Positions 28,663-38,981 of a DNA stretch of 64,000 nt are shown one piece after another. Source of the DNA: an uncultured Alphaproteobacteria bacterium. GTDB taxonomy: Bacteria; Pseudomonadota; Alphaproteobacteria; UBA7879; UBA5542. Within the stretch, counting starts at the first letter, position 1, and each line of letters starts with the position of its first letter. Where the stretch lies: the NCBI GenBank assembly GCA_903912365.1, contig CAIWGV010000004.1:11710-75709 (forward strand). Reading direction: 5' to 3'. The translations under genes were made by a program, and so were the position numbers. The notes under the pieces are model-generated. The model saw nothing but the letters and a program-made list of their open reading frames with translations, was not told the origin of the DNA and made no database searches.

Positions 28663-29133
28663 CTACCTTCTAAAAATCCCATACCCACAAATCCCGGCCA
28701 GTCCCCCGGACACAGCCAAATTCCAGAGAGCCAAGGGAGCTCCCAAAACATTAAAGGGAGATCTATCGCAAGGGGTAATTGTGTCGCTGGCGAGCAGGGC
28801 CTCTGTGGAGCTAAAAAAAGGTTTTGTGCAGAGAGTAGGAATATCTAGCCAATGGTAAACAATAGCCAAATGGTAGGCGCTTAAAACCACACTGCCCAGA
28901 AATACACCCAAAAGCAGCCAGAGTAGCGCTCGAAAGGGAGAGTAGATTCCTATCAATCCCAAAACGCCTGCCAAACCATAAGGGATCCGCTCTAAAAGAC
29001 ACAAGTTACAGGGAGGGGTATCAAATACATATTCCACGCCAAAAGTGGTGGCTAAAATGGCGGCACTAACAGCACAAAAAAATAGGAATAAATACAGGGG
29101 TTCCCAGATGCCTTTCATAAACGTTCTCCTCAA
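28663..29133 (-). CDS. DsbB-like disulfide bond formation protein
   Basis: A 4-TM membrane protein carrying the PCNLCLLER Cys pair. Confidence 0.55.
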   Translation of the reverse strand: MRRTFMKGIWEPLYLFLFFCAVSAAILATTFGVEYVFDTPPCNLCLLERIPYGLAGVLGLIGIYSPFRALLWLLLGVFLGSVVLSAYHLAIVYHWLDIPTLCTKPFFSSTEALLASDTITPCDRSPFNVLGAPLALWNLAVSGGLAGICGYGIFRR

Positions 29134-31289
29134 CTTTTTTTCGTTACAAAACTATGGAGAACTTTCTTCAATCCCGAATGTTCAAAGTTAATGAGCAACC
29201 GGTCCATCTCCACCTCTTTCACAATGCCGTATCCAAACTTTAAATGGAATACCCGCTCTCCCAACTTAAAAGGGGCAGAGGGAATCACCAAGGTTTGGGT
29301 CACTGGGGCAGAAGGCCTTGAAACGGGTCGAAACCCACCGCCTCCTCGGTTAAAGCTATTTTCTAAAAAACACACGTATTGAGCGGGCAATTCATTAATA
29401 AATCGAGAGGGCATATTGCTTTGCCACTGACCATGGATGCGCCGGTTGCTGGCAAAGGTAATATACGCATTCTTTTTGGCACGGGTGAGGGCCACGTAAG
29501 CCAGCCGCCGCTCTTCTTCCAGCTCCGTATTGGATTTTTCCATGAGGGTGCGCTGAGAGGGAAACACCCCTTCCTCCCATCCGCTCAAAAATACCAGATC
29601 AAACTCCAATCCCTTGGCCGCGTGCATGGTCATGAGGGTCACTGCTTCATTGGAGGCCGTCTGGGCCGTTTCTGTCACCAAACTCACATGCTCCAAGAAA
29701 CTTTCTAAATCTTGGAACTCTGCAATGGCCACCACCAATTCTTTGAGGTTCTCAAGACGTCCCGCCGCGTCTGGGGATTTATCCGCCTTCCACATGTCCG
29801 TGTACCCGGATTCATCCAAAATAATTTTCACGAGCTCATCGGGAGAAGTATTGAGGCTTTGTTTATGCCACCGATCGATATTCTCCAAGAACTGCCGCAG
29901 AGAAAGGCGGGTCTTTCCCTTAATTTCATCCGTCTCAATAATCTGTCGCGCCACTTCCGCCAAGGGAATTCCTTGGGATCTCCCCACCATATGCATCTTT
30001 TGTACGGTAGTCAGACCGATGCCTCGGCGGGGTAGGTTAATGACCCGTTCAAAGGCCAAATCATCTTGGGGCTGGGCTGCGAGCCTCAAGTAAGCCAGAG
30101 CATCCCGGATTTCTTGCCGCTCATAAAATCTAAGGCCGCCCACAATGCGATAGGGAATAGCCAGCGCCAGGAAGGTTTCCTCAAATTCCCGGGTTTGAAA
30201 TCCCGCCCGCACCAGAATGGCCATCTGGGACAAGGGCGTTTCTTTCCGGTGGAAGAGGGTAATTTGATCCGCAATCCACCGGGCTTCTTCTGCTCCATCC
30301 CACACGTTCTTGATGAACACAGGGTCTCCCTGGGACCGATCCGTCCAGAGGGTTTTGCCTAGGCGTCCTTTGTTATGACTGATGAGGCCCGACGCGGCGC
30401 CCAATATGGCCGGCGTTGACCGGTAGTTTTGCTCAAGACGAATAACTTTGGCACCGGGAAAATCTTTTTCAAACCGGAGGATATTGCCCACCTGGGCCCC
30501 CCGCCATCCATAAATGGACTGGTCATCATCCCCTACACAGCAAATGTTTTTGGATTCAGACGCTAGCAATCTTAACCACAAATATTGGGCCACATTGGTA
30601 TCTTGATACTCATCCACTAGAATATATTTGAACCGCTTGGCATAGAGGCTCAGTACATCCGGATGCTGTATAAAAATGGTGAGGCAATGGAGCAGCAAAT
30701 CCCCAAAGTCCACCGCATTCACAACCCGCAGTCGCTCTTGGTAAAGCTCATAAATGCGGAGGATCGTTTTGGAATTTGTGGATCCTAAATACCCATCCGT
30801 TACTTTATCCGGCGTGAGGCCCCGGTCCTTCCACCCACTGATGACGCTCAAGAAAATCTTGGTAGTTTCCTTTTTGTCCTCAATATTCTCCATCTGCAAA
30901 AGTTGCTTGATGATGCGTTCTTGGTCATCCGTATTGAGGATGGTGAAGTTGGAGGAAAGCCCCACCAAATTTGAATGACTGCGCAAAATGCGGGCGCTGA
31001 TGGAATGAAAGGTGCCTAGCCACATACCGCCCAGGCTTTGTCCGATGAGATCCGCCGTGCGATTTTTCATCTCGAGGGCTGCTTTATTGGTGAAGGTGAC
31101 GGCAAGGATCTCAGATGGTAACGCTTTGTGCTTTAAAAGAATATGCCCAAGCCTAGAAATCAGGACACGGGTTTTTCCCGTTCCGGCACCAGCGAGCACT
31201 AAAACAGGACCCTCCGTCTCCTCCACCGCCTGGCGCTGGGGGAGGTTCAAAGAGTCTAAATGAGAGGACGGCACATCAACGGACATCAT
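29130..31289 (-). CDS. uvrD: ATP-dependent DNA helicase, UvrD/Rep/PcrA family
   Basis: Walker A VLAGAGTGKTRVL, the DEYQDTN helicase motif II and the C-terminal helicase motifs are present. Confidence 0.9.
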   Translation of the reverse strand: MMSVDVPSSHLDSLNLPQRQAVEETEGPVLVLAGAGTGKTRVLISRLGHILLKHKALPSEILAVTFTNKAALEMKNRTADLIGQSLGGMWLGTFHSISARILRSHSNLVGLSSNFTILNTDDQERIIKQLLQMENIEDKKETTKIFLSVISGWKDRGLTPDKVTDGYLGSTNSKTILRIYELYQERLRVVNAVDFGDLLLHCLTIFIQHPDVLSLYAKRFKYILVDEYQDTNVAQYLWLRLLASESKNICCVGDDDQSIYGWRGAQVGNILRFEKDFPGAKVIRLEQNYRSTPAILGAASGLISHNKGRLGKTLWTDRSQGDPVFIKNVWDGAEEARWIADQITLFHRKETPLSQMAILVRAGFQTREFEETFLALAIPYRIVGGLRFYERQEIRDALAYLRLAAQPQDDLAFERVINLPRRGIGLTTVQKMHMVGRSQGIPLAEVARQIIETDEIKGKTRLSLRQFLENIDRWHKQSLNTSPDELVKIILDESGYTDMWKADKSPDAAGRLENLKELVVAIAEFQDLESFLEHVSLVTETAQTASNEAVTLMTMHAAKGLEFDLVFLSGWEEGVFPSQRTLMEKSNTELEEERRLAYVALTRAKKNAYITFASNRRIHGQWQSNMPSRFINELPAQYVCFLENSFNRGGGGFRPVSRPSAPVTQTLVIPSAPFKLGERVFHLKFGYGIVKEVEMDRLLINFEHSGLKKVLHSFVTKKS

Positions 31290-31457
31290 CCCCCAGGTAT
31301 ATCATATTTGGAGGTTTTGTCGCGAGGGAAATGTGGAGGACCTGTTTTTTGGTAGTTTTAATTTTTGGTAGTTTTGCAATTTTAGAATAGTGAAAAATTC
31401 AACTTGACAGTCTTATTAGTTCTGTTTATTAGTTCTTTTATAAAATAGGAGTTCTTC

Positions 31458-32362
31458 ATGAAAAATATTGGCTTGTTTCTTGCTTCCACAGTATTAATTT
31501 TATTCTCGCAAAGTTACGGAAATTTTTCTGATTACAATCTTCCCCCAGAATTTCTTGGAAGAATATACTCGCTGAAACAAGCTCCTAAAGAGGAAGATAA
31601 GCAAGTGAAACAATTAATAGAAAGACAAATAGAGCTTAACAATCATTTCCTGTTTCAAACGGCAGAGATTCGTGCGTCAGATCCTGAAGGATTGTTGAGT
31701 TTTTTAAAACCAGATACTCAGCTCGAAGATTCCTCAGGAACACTTATTACTTCCGAACAGGTGGACAAGGGTTCCCGTGGAGAGATAAACAAGGTTTTAC
31801 CTGCCCTGGAAAGTTTTGCCCTTAAAGTTAAAAAATTGTCAGATGAGCTTTATCGCAGGCAGAGAGAGCTTCCTTATTTAGAGTCTAGAATTCCTTTGCT
31901 TTATTCCGGGGGGGGGGGGGGGCCGCGAGATTCGATGATTTTGTTCACCCAGATTATAGAAAAAACAAAGATGGTCAGCTTAAAAATGCCGAAGAACTTG
32001 AGGGTTTTGTTCGAGATAAAATTGAATTGTACAACTCAATTTGTGAAACTTTAGGATTTCTTAAAATCCCCCACTATAGATTTGATGAACCCTTCATAAC
32101 GAAAGAAATTTTTGTTGAAGTATTGAAGACCGTATTTCCTCCAATTTGTTTCAGCTCAGATGGAAAAATTTTCCTCATGAACTCCGATTGTTCCGATAGA
32201 GTGGACAACCTGGTAGTCAATGCATCTCGTGCTTTTGTCAACTTAGGTCAATCTAGTAAAGTGGGAGAGTCCGATATCACCCATTATTTTCAACGTCTTT
32301 TGGAAAGTTGGCAAAGACGTCTTCCCCTAACAGCAGTAAAGGGAGAGGGGCAAGGAAAATAG
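31458..32362 (+). pseudogene. Secreted protein gene interrupted by a G15 slippage tract (frameshifted as sequenced; candidate phase-variable gene)
   Basis: A signal-peptide ORF (31458-32054, frame 0) and an ORF open from 31889 to 32362 (frame +2) overlap at the G15 run. Setting the tract to 16 G (+1) or 13 G (-2) gives one ~300-aa product. Confidence 0.5.
31908..31922. repeat. Homopolymeric G15 tract
   Basis: Fifteen G counted directly, giving the GGGGG codons of the upstream frame. Confidence 0.9.
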
Positions 32363-32365
32363 GCC

Positions 32366-33079
32366 TCAGTAAATCCCCAGCTTTGCCTTTTCTTTTGCCG
32401 GGAATCGATAGAGACCTTTTCGCTCGGATACATCTTCTGTCAAGAGGGGAAATAGATTCACGGGCATAAGGATTTCCTTCAGAATCTGATCCCCTTTCTT
32501 TGTAAATCGTACCAGGTGTTGGTCTATCTTGGTGCCCAGGGGGGCCACAAGACGGCCCCCTTTCTTCAGTTGATGAAAAAGAGATTTTGGGATTTCATCA
32601 AGCCGGGAGCTCACAAGGATTACATCATAGGGCGCATGATTGGTCCATCCTTTGGCGCCATTGTGGTTTGAGAGAAAAACATTCTCCAAATCATACCTTT
32701 TAAGTCGACCTTTCGCGGCGTTTAAAATATCCCCCACAATCTCCACACTATAAATCTCTTTTACCAGTCCCGAGAGCAGGGCCGTTTGGTATCCAGACCC
32801 CGTGCCGATTTCCAAAACCCGGTCTGAGGGACTAAGCTTCGCCGCTTGTAGAATAGAGCCTACCAGAGAAGGGGGCTCCATCATTTGACCATGGGGGAGC
32901 GGCAAAGATTTATCCATATAGGCCATGTAGCGAAAATAATCATCTACAAAAGAATGCCGGGGCACCTCTCTCATGGCCCTTAAGACTGGGGGGTTTAAAA
33001 CTTCATTTTCTTTCTCACATTTTTGGACCATTTCAAGTCGACGGTCCTTCAAATTATCTAGTTCCATGTCTACCTCCAT
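32366..33079 (-). CDS. pcm: Protein-L-isoaspartate O-methyltransferase
   Basis: SAM-binding motif VLEIGTGSGYQTALLS, plus VPRHSFV. Confidence 0.8.
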   Translation of the reverse strand: MEVDMELDNLKDRRLEMVQKCEKENEVLNPPVLRAMREVPRHSFVDDYFRYMAYMDKSLPLPHGQMMEPPSLVGSILQAAKLSPSDRVLEIGTGSGYQTALLSGLVKEIYSVEIVGDILNAAKGRLKRYDLENVFLSNHNGAKGWTNHAPYDVILVSSRLDEIPKSLFHQLKKGGRLVAPLGTKIDQHLVRFTKKGDQILKEILMPVNLFPLLTEDVSERKGLYRFPAKEKAKLGIY

Positions 33080-33164
33080 AACAAAATGTTTTAAGTTTGT
33101 TCAGAAGATATTATCCAGAATTAAAAATTTTTTCTAGCCTTTTTTTTAATAAATTTTAACCGGT

Positions 33165-33749
33165 TTATTCCTCCAAATATCCTCTCAAGGAATCCAGACC
33201 TTTCTGTATTCTTTTAGTCTGCCTTTCGTCTTTCAAGATATCTTTGAGGGAGCTTAAAGAAGAATCTTCAATAAGAGAGTCCAGAAGAATTTTTGAATTG
33301 GTTTCTATTAAAAGCCGATTTAAATCGCGCCATAATTTTTCTTCTTTCTCCCATTTTTCTTCATTTCTTAAAAAGGGAAGGGGAACGTGGGCAAAGGGTT
33401 TTCTTTCAAACGTTCCAAGATTTTCATCTAAGGGCACCTGACTTAACTTAGGGCCCGAGGACAAATTTTTCCGCATTAGATTCAGATAGGTATTTGCTGC
33501 TTGGTACATATCTGGCGTGATGATGTCTGTCAGCAACAAAAGATGTAACGCTGTCCCAGACCATAAGTCATCATTGAAAAAAGGAAGGGGACAATGGTGG
33601 CGGAGTTCTTTTAGAAAGGAGTGTCGATGGTGAAAGATTGAGTGTTTTTCGGGGGGAAGAGGAGGAAGAGGAGAAAGTAGTTTTTTAAGAGGACGGGCAG
33701 TTTTTGGGTTTCGTCTGGACTTTTTCTTACGAGTAGTGTCTATGTTCAT
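33165..33749 (-). CDS. Hypothetical protein with strongly basic N-terminus
   Basis: The N-terminus is TRKKKSRRNPKTARPLKK. There is no signal peptide and no recognisable domain. Confidence 0.35.
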   Translation of the reverse strand: MNIDTTRKKKSRRNPKTARPLKKLLSPLPPLPPEKHSIFHHRHSFLKELRHHCPLPFFNDDLWSGTALHLLLLTDIITPDMYQAANTYLNLMRKNLSSGPKLSQVPLDENLGTFERKPFAHVPLPFLRNEEKWEKEEKLWRDLNRLLIETNSKILLDSLIEDSSLSSLKDILKDERQTKRIQKGLDSLRGYLEE

Positions 33750-33886
33750 TTTTGTATTTCTCCCTTTCTATTAATGAAAACATAGAGTCAATAAATAATA
33801 TAAAAAATTAAAAAAGTCTATAGGAAGAATAAAAATTTTTTGCATTAAATTAATTGATTGTATAGAGTAAAGAAAATCAAAACTTT

Positions 33887-34327
33887 ATGGAGAATAGTAT
33901 GAAAAGATTTAGCCTTATCTTGATGATGATAGCGACTGGTTTTGGAGAGTCTTCTTTCGGGGCACCTTACGTGGATGAAAAGAAAGATAGGTTGGGTCGC
34001 GTTGCGGCTCTACGACTTGCTCTCCCGGACGCGGAACTTCCCCGTGGACTTAAAAGAAGGGCGCCAAGCCCAGAGGCAGCAGAGGAAGTCCCTTTTCCAG
34101 AGTTAAAGCGCGCTCGGAGTGCCCCTGGGTCTGGGGGGAGAAAAAAGGAAAAAAACTTACAAAAAAGCCCCAGAAAACTCCAAGATGTCCTGAATCTTTT
34201 TCATGAGTTAAAGAAGCAAGGATCTCCGAAAAAAGAAGAATTGCTGGACCGCTTAGATGGCCTTCCCCTTGTGGCTCCAAAAGCCCAGAAAGGGTCTAAT
34301 CGGAATCTTTCTGGCAAGTTGAAATAA
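33887..34327 (+). CDS. Hypothetical secreted basic protein
   Basis: A signal peptide is present and the C-terminus is Lys/Arg/Pro-rich. Confidence 0.35.
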   Translation: MENSMKRFSLILMMIATGFGESSFGAPYVDEKKDRLGRVAALRLALPDAELPRGLKRRAPSPEAAEEVPFPELKRARSAPGSGGRKKEKNLQKSPRKLQDVLNLFHELKKQGSPKKEELLDRLDGLPLVAPKAQKGSNRNLSGKLK

Positions 34328-34509
34328 CACCCTTCTCAGAGAGTTGGTATTGAAAGGGAATCTAGATTTTATAGTCTTTGTCATCCAGAGCTCCTTACAA
34401 GAGTTGTGGGATCTACCCCACGTCACCCCGAGGAAGACCAAAGGTTTGACGTGGGGGGCCAGCTGGGATCCTGAAGAAGCTCATAAGGTATGACCTTAGG
34501 AATCCTCTC

Positions 34510-35388
34510 TTAAAAGGAAATCACTTTCTCCCGTGCCGTCCGCAGCTCCTTAAAATCCTCCTCCGCATGGTAGGAGGACCGCGTGAGAGGGGAGGCGGAG
34601 ACCATATGGAATCCTTTCCCCCGGGCCATGGTTTCGTAGGCTTTAAACTCCTCCGGCGTTGCATAGCGCAGCAGAGGGTGATGCTTCGGCGTGGGCTGCA
34701 GGTATTGCCCGATGGTGAGGAAATCCACCTCTGCGCTCCGCAGATCATCCATTACCTGATAAATCTCGGTCTTTTCTTCCCCAAGTCCCACCATGAGCCC
34801 TGACTTTGTAAAAATAGAGGGATCCAGTTCCTTCACCCGTTTCAATAAATTCAAGGAATGAAAATACCGCGCCCCTGGCCGGACCGTGGCATAAAGCCGT
34901 GGAACCGTTTCCAGGTTGTGGTTATACACATCCGGTTTTGCTGCGACCACAATCTCTAAGGCACCCGGCTTCCGCAAAAAATCCGGGGTTAAGATCTCGA
35001 TGGTGGTTTCAGGAGAGGTGCGGCGAATGGCCCCAATGGTTTGGGCAAAGTGGGTGGCGCCCCCATCGGGCAAATCATCCCGATCCACGGACGTGATCAC
35101 CACATGCCGAAGACCGAGGGTTGAGAGGGCTGTAGCCACACGTTCCGGCTCATGGGGATCCAACAAATCAGGCCGTCCTGTTTTAATATTACAGAAAGCG
35201 CAGGCTCGGGTGCAGACGCTGCCTAAAATCATGATGGTGGCGTGTTTCTTGCTCCAGCATTCGCCGATGTTGGGGCACGCCGCTTCTTCACAAACTGTGT
35301 TGAGTTTGGATTCTCGCATAAGCCGTTGGGTGTTCTGATATTCCACAGAAACGGGGGCCTTCACTCGGATCCAGTCAGGCCGCTGCAT
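34510..35388 (-). CDS. lipA: Lipoyl synthase
   Basis: Cys clusters [12 protein letters not shown] and CTRACAFC (radical SAM). Confidence 0.9.
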   Translation of the reverse strand: MQRPDWIRVKAPVSVEYQNTQRLMRESKLNTVCEEAACPNIGECWSKKHATIMILGSVCTRACAFCNIKTGRPDLLDPHEPERVATALSTLGLRHVVITSVDRDDLPDGGATHFAQTIGAIRRTSPETTIEILTPDFLRKPGALEIVVAAKPDVYNHNLETVPRLYATVRPGARYFHSLNLLKRVKELDPSIFTKSGLMVGLGEEKTEIYQVMDDLRSAEVDFLTIGQYLQPTPKHHPLLRYATPEEFKAYETMARGKGFHMVSASPLTRSSYHAEEDFKELRTAREKVISF

Positions 35389-36768
35389 TTAAAAATGAAT
35401 GACCCGGTCAAAGGCAGCCAGCGTCGCCTCGTGCATCATCTCTGAGAGGGTGGGATGGGGGAACACCGTGTGCATGAGCTCCACCTCTGTAGTTTCAAGG
35501 GTCTTCGCGAGTGTATATCCTTGGATGAGCTCTGTCACTTCGGCCCCAATCATATGGGCGCCCAAAAGCTCCCCTGTGTTGGCATCAAAAATAGTCTTAA
35601 TGAGACCATCATCTTCCCCCAAGGCAATGGCTTTGCCATTCCCCTTATACGGGAAAGAACCCACACGAATTTTGAGGCCCTTGGCCTTGGCAGAGGCTTC
35701 CGTTAGTCCAACGCTGGCAATTTGAGGCAAGGAATAGGTGCATCCGGGAATATTTTGCGGCAGCAAAGGATGAAGACCTTTGAGGCCCGCAATCTTTTCC
35801 ACACAAATAATTCCTTCATGGCTAGCCTTGTGCGCGAGCCAAGGAGCGCCTGTGAGATCTCCAATGGCATAAACGCCCGGTTCATCCGTCTCACTCCAGG
35901 GATTTACTTTAATGTGTCCCTTTTCCACTTTAATTTTAGTATTCTCCAGACCCAAGGTTTCTGTGTTGGCTTGAATCCCAATGGCCACAATAACCCGATC
36001 CACGGTGATTTCGTGGGTTTTCCCCGCTGTTTCGATAATGGCTTTAACAGTCTTCGACCCTTTCTCAAGAGTCTTCACCGTGCTGCCTGTCAGAATCTTC
36101 ATGCCTTTCTTTTCGAAAGCCTTTCGAGCAAGCGCTGAAATTTCCTCATCTTCCACAGGCAAGATGCGGGGCTGGAGCTCAACCACGGTGACATCCGAAC
36201 CGAACGTATTGTAGAAACTGGCAAACTCCATACCGATGGCCCCAGACCCTACAATCAGCAATTTCTTAGGGAATTCTTCGGGGATCATGGCCTCCTTAGA
36301 GGTCCACACAAACTTACCGTCAGGTTCAAGCCCGGCTAAAATCCGAGGCCGAGCTCCCGTGGCCAAAATAATATGAGGGGCCGTGAGGGTCTCATCGCCC
36401 ACCTGTACTTTTTTTTGGCCTAAGAGTTTTCCATGACCCTTGATCACCGTCACCTTATTCTTCTTCAAAAGGTGCGCAATCCCTTGGGAGAGCTGTGTTG
36501 CCACAGCCCGAGACCGGGCCACAATTTTCTTTAGATCAAACGTCACATCCTTGGCGCCCAGTCCAAAATCTTCCAGTCGATGCATCAGGTGATAAATCTC
36601 TGCGGAGCGCAGCAAGGCTTTTGTGGGAATGCATCCCCAGTTGAGGCACACACCGCCCAAATTTTCTTTTTCCACGAGGGCTACTTTTTTACCCAGCTGC
36701 GCTGCCCGAATGGCGGCCACATATCCGCCTGGACCACTGCCAATAATGATTAGATCAAAGGACTGCAT
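35389..36768 (-). CDS. lpdA: Dihydrolipoyl dehydrogenase (E3)
   Basis: Redox-active disulfide GGVCLNWGCIPTK, with FAD and NAD binding folds. Confidence 0.9.
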   Translation of the reverse strand: MQSFDLIIIGSGPGGYVAAIRAAQLGKKVALVEKENLGGVCLNWGCIPTKALLRSAEIYHLMHRLEDFGLGAKDVTFDLKKIVARSRAVATQLSQGIAHLLKKNKVTVIKGHGKLLGQKKVQVGDETLTAPHIILATGARPRILAGLEPDGKFVWTSKEAMIPEEFPKKLLIVGSGAIGMEFASFYNTFGSDVTVVELQPRILPVEDEEISALARKAFEKKGMKILTGSTVKTLEKGSKTVKAIIETAGKTHEITVDRVIVAIGIQANTETLGLENTKIKVEKGHIKVNPWSETDEPGVYAIGDLTGAPWLAHKASHEGIICVEKIAGLKGLHPLLPQNIPGCTYSLPQIASVGLTEASAKAKGLKIRVGSFPYKGNGKAIALGEDDGLIKTIFDANTGELLGAHMIGAEVTELIQGYTLAKTLETTEVELMHTVFPHPTLSEMMHEATLAAFDRVIHF

Positions 36769-36773
36769 GATGA

Positions 36774-37982
36774 TTACTCTCCCACCAGCATGAGGGCTGG
36801 ATTCTCCATGTACTTCTTAAAGGCAGCCAAGAAAGTAGCGCCAATGGATCCATCCACCACACGGTGATCCACGGATAAGGTACAGGTCATGAGGGTCGCC
36901 ACATCAATAGTCCCATCCACTGCTACAGGCTTCTGAATGCCAGCTCCTACCGCTAGGATACAGGCTTGAGGCGGATTAATAATGGCTCCAAACTGCTGAA
37001 TGCCATACATGCCCAGGTTTGAGATGGTGAAGGCACCTCCCTGGAATTCTTCCGGCTTCAACTTCCCCTCTTTGGCCTTTTGAACCAGTCCCTTAATCTC
37101 AGAAGATAAGGCTCCCAAATTTTTCAAATTTACAGACCGCACGATGGGGGTGATGAGTCCTTCATCCAAGGCCACCGCAATGGACACATCCGCATGGGTA
37201 AAGTACCGGATGGTATCCCCCATCCAAATAGCGTTGGCGGCCGGCACTTCTTGAAGAGCCATCCCGACAGCTTTCACCACAAAATCATTTACTGTAAGTT
37301 TTGTGTTGGGCAAATTTTCATTCAAAGATTTCCGTATTTGCATCAAAGCATCAATGGCACAATCGATGGTCAGATAGAAGTGCGGCACCGTTTGTTTTGA
37401 TTCAGTCAAACGTTTCCCGATCACTTTTCTCATGGTGGAAACCGGCTTGTCCTGGAACGGGGAGGGACCGGAAATAACAGCCGCGGAACGGCCGGGTGTA
37501 TGGGCCAACACATCCTCTTTTACAATGCGTCCCTGGGGGCCAGAGCCTGTGATATGGGCAAGATTAAGGCCTCGGTCACCAGCGATTCTTTTCGCCAAAG
37601 GGGTTGCGAAGATCCGAGAAGAAGAATTCACAACCGTAGGGCTTTCGGGCGTTACTTCAACAGGCGTTACCTCGAGGATAACTTCTTTCACCACAGGGGT
37701 ATCCGTGGTGATGAATCCTTCTAAATCCGCTAAGGATTCGCCTTTTTCCAAGAGCACCGCGATGGTGGCATTCACCTTCACATTTTCGCTTGCTTCGGGG
37801 ATTAAAATTTTTCCAATCACGCCTTCATCCACCGCTTCCACTTCCATGGTAGCCTTATCCGTTTCAATCTCTGCAATGAGATCTCCGGACTTAACAGAGT
37901 CTCCCTCTTTCTTATGCCATTTCACCAAATTTCCCTCGGTCATGGTGGGTGACAAGGCAGGCATTAGAATCTTGATGGGCAT
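36774..37982 (-). CDS. pdhC: Pyruvate dehydrogenase E2 dihydrolipoamide acetyltransferase
   Basis: Lipoyl domain [12 protein letters not shown] and catalytic DHRVVDG. Confidence 0.85.
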   Translation of the reverse strand: MPIKILMPALSPTMTEGNLVKWHKKEGDSVKSGDLIAEIETDKATMEVEAVDEGVIGKILIPEASENVKVNATIAVLLEKGESLADLEGFITTDTPVVKEVILEVTPVEVTPESPTVVNSSSRIFATPLAKRIAGDRGLNLAHITGSGPQGRIVKEDVLAHTPGRSAAVISGPSPFQDKPVSTMRKVIGKRLTESKQTVPHFYLTIDCAIDALMQIRKSLNENLPNTKLTVNDFVVKAVGMALQEVPAANAIWMGDTIRYFTHADVSIAVALDEGLITPIVRSVNLKNLGALSSEIKGLVQKAKEGKLKPEEFQGGAFTISNLGMYGIQQFGAIINPPQACILAVGAGIQKPVAVDGTIDVATLMTCTLSVDHRVVDGSIGATFLAAFKKYMENPALMLVGE

Positions 37983-37991
37983 GGGACCTCC

Positions 37992-38969
37992 TTATTTATA
38001 GGTTACGTTTTTGACGGCCGTGATAATATCATCCACCGTGGGAAGTGCGAGGCGTTCCAGATTTGCCGCGTAGGGTAAGGGGACATCCTTGGCACTCACT
38101 CGGGCAATGGGAGCATCCAAATAATCGAATGCGTGATCCATGATTTGGGAGGCGATTTCGGCGCCGATCCCACAGGTGGCCCAGCCTTCTTCCGTACATA
38201 CCAGTCGGTTGGTTTTCTTGACGGACTCCACGATCAACTCAATATCCAGAGGTCGTAATGTACGAAGGTCAATCACTTCCGCACTGATCCCTTGGTCTGC
38301 CAGCTGCTCCGCTGCTTTCAAGGCTTTCCCCACCATGATAGAAAAAGCGGTGATGGTCACATCAGTACCTTCGCGGACGATCTTTCCTTTTCCAAGAGGG
38401 GTTACGTAGTCACCCTCGGGCACTTCAAAGGATTGTCCGTACATTAATTCATTTTCCAAAAACACTACGGGATTTGGATCCCGGATAGCGGATTTCAACA
38501 ACCCCTTGGCATCTTCGGCGCTGTAAGGGGAAACCACCTTGAGCCCCGGGCAATGGGCATACCAGCTGGCAAAACATTGGGAGTGTTGGGCACCCACCCG
38601 AGATGCGGCTCCATTGGGTCCCCGGAACACGATGGGACATCCCAGCTGGCCACCGGACATATACAAAGTCTTGGCGGCGGAGTTAATGATTTGGTCAATG
38701 GCCTGCATGGAAAAGTTAAAGGTCATGAACTCCACAATGGGTTTAAGTCCCAAGAAAGCAGCGCCCACACCCAATCCCGCAAAGCCATGCTCCGTGATGG
38801 GGGTGTCTACCACCCGCTCAGGCCCAAATTCTTGCAGCAAATCTTGGGTCACCTTATAGGCGCCCTGGTATTCGGCCACTTCTTCTCCCATAACAAATAC
38901 TTTAGGATCTTGGCGCATTTCCTCCGCCATGGCGGATCTCAGGGCTTCACGAACGGTCATTATTGGCAT
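37992..38969 (-). CDS. pdhB: Pyruvate dehydrogenase E1 beta subunit
   Basis: Transketolase-like pyrimidine-binding fold. Its position between E1-alpha and E2 supports the call. Confidence 0.9.
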   Translation of the reverse strand: MPIMTVREALRSAMAEEMRQDPKVFVMGEEVAEYQGAYKVTQDLLQEFGPERVVDTPITEHGFAGLGVGAAFLGLKPIVEFMTFNFSMQAIDQIINSAAKTLYMSGGQLGCPIVFRGPNGAASRVGAQHSQCFASWYAHCPGLKVVSPYSAEDAKGLLKSAIRDPNPVVFLENELMYGQSFEVPEGDYVTPLGKGKIVREGTDVTITAFSIMVGKALKAAEQLADQGISAEVIDLRTLRPLDIELIVESVKKTNRLVCTEEGWATCGIGAEIASQIMDHAFDYLDAPIARVSAKDVPLPYAANLERLALPTVDDIITAVKNVTYK

Positions 38970-38981
38970 ATCAAAATCCCC

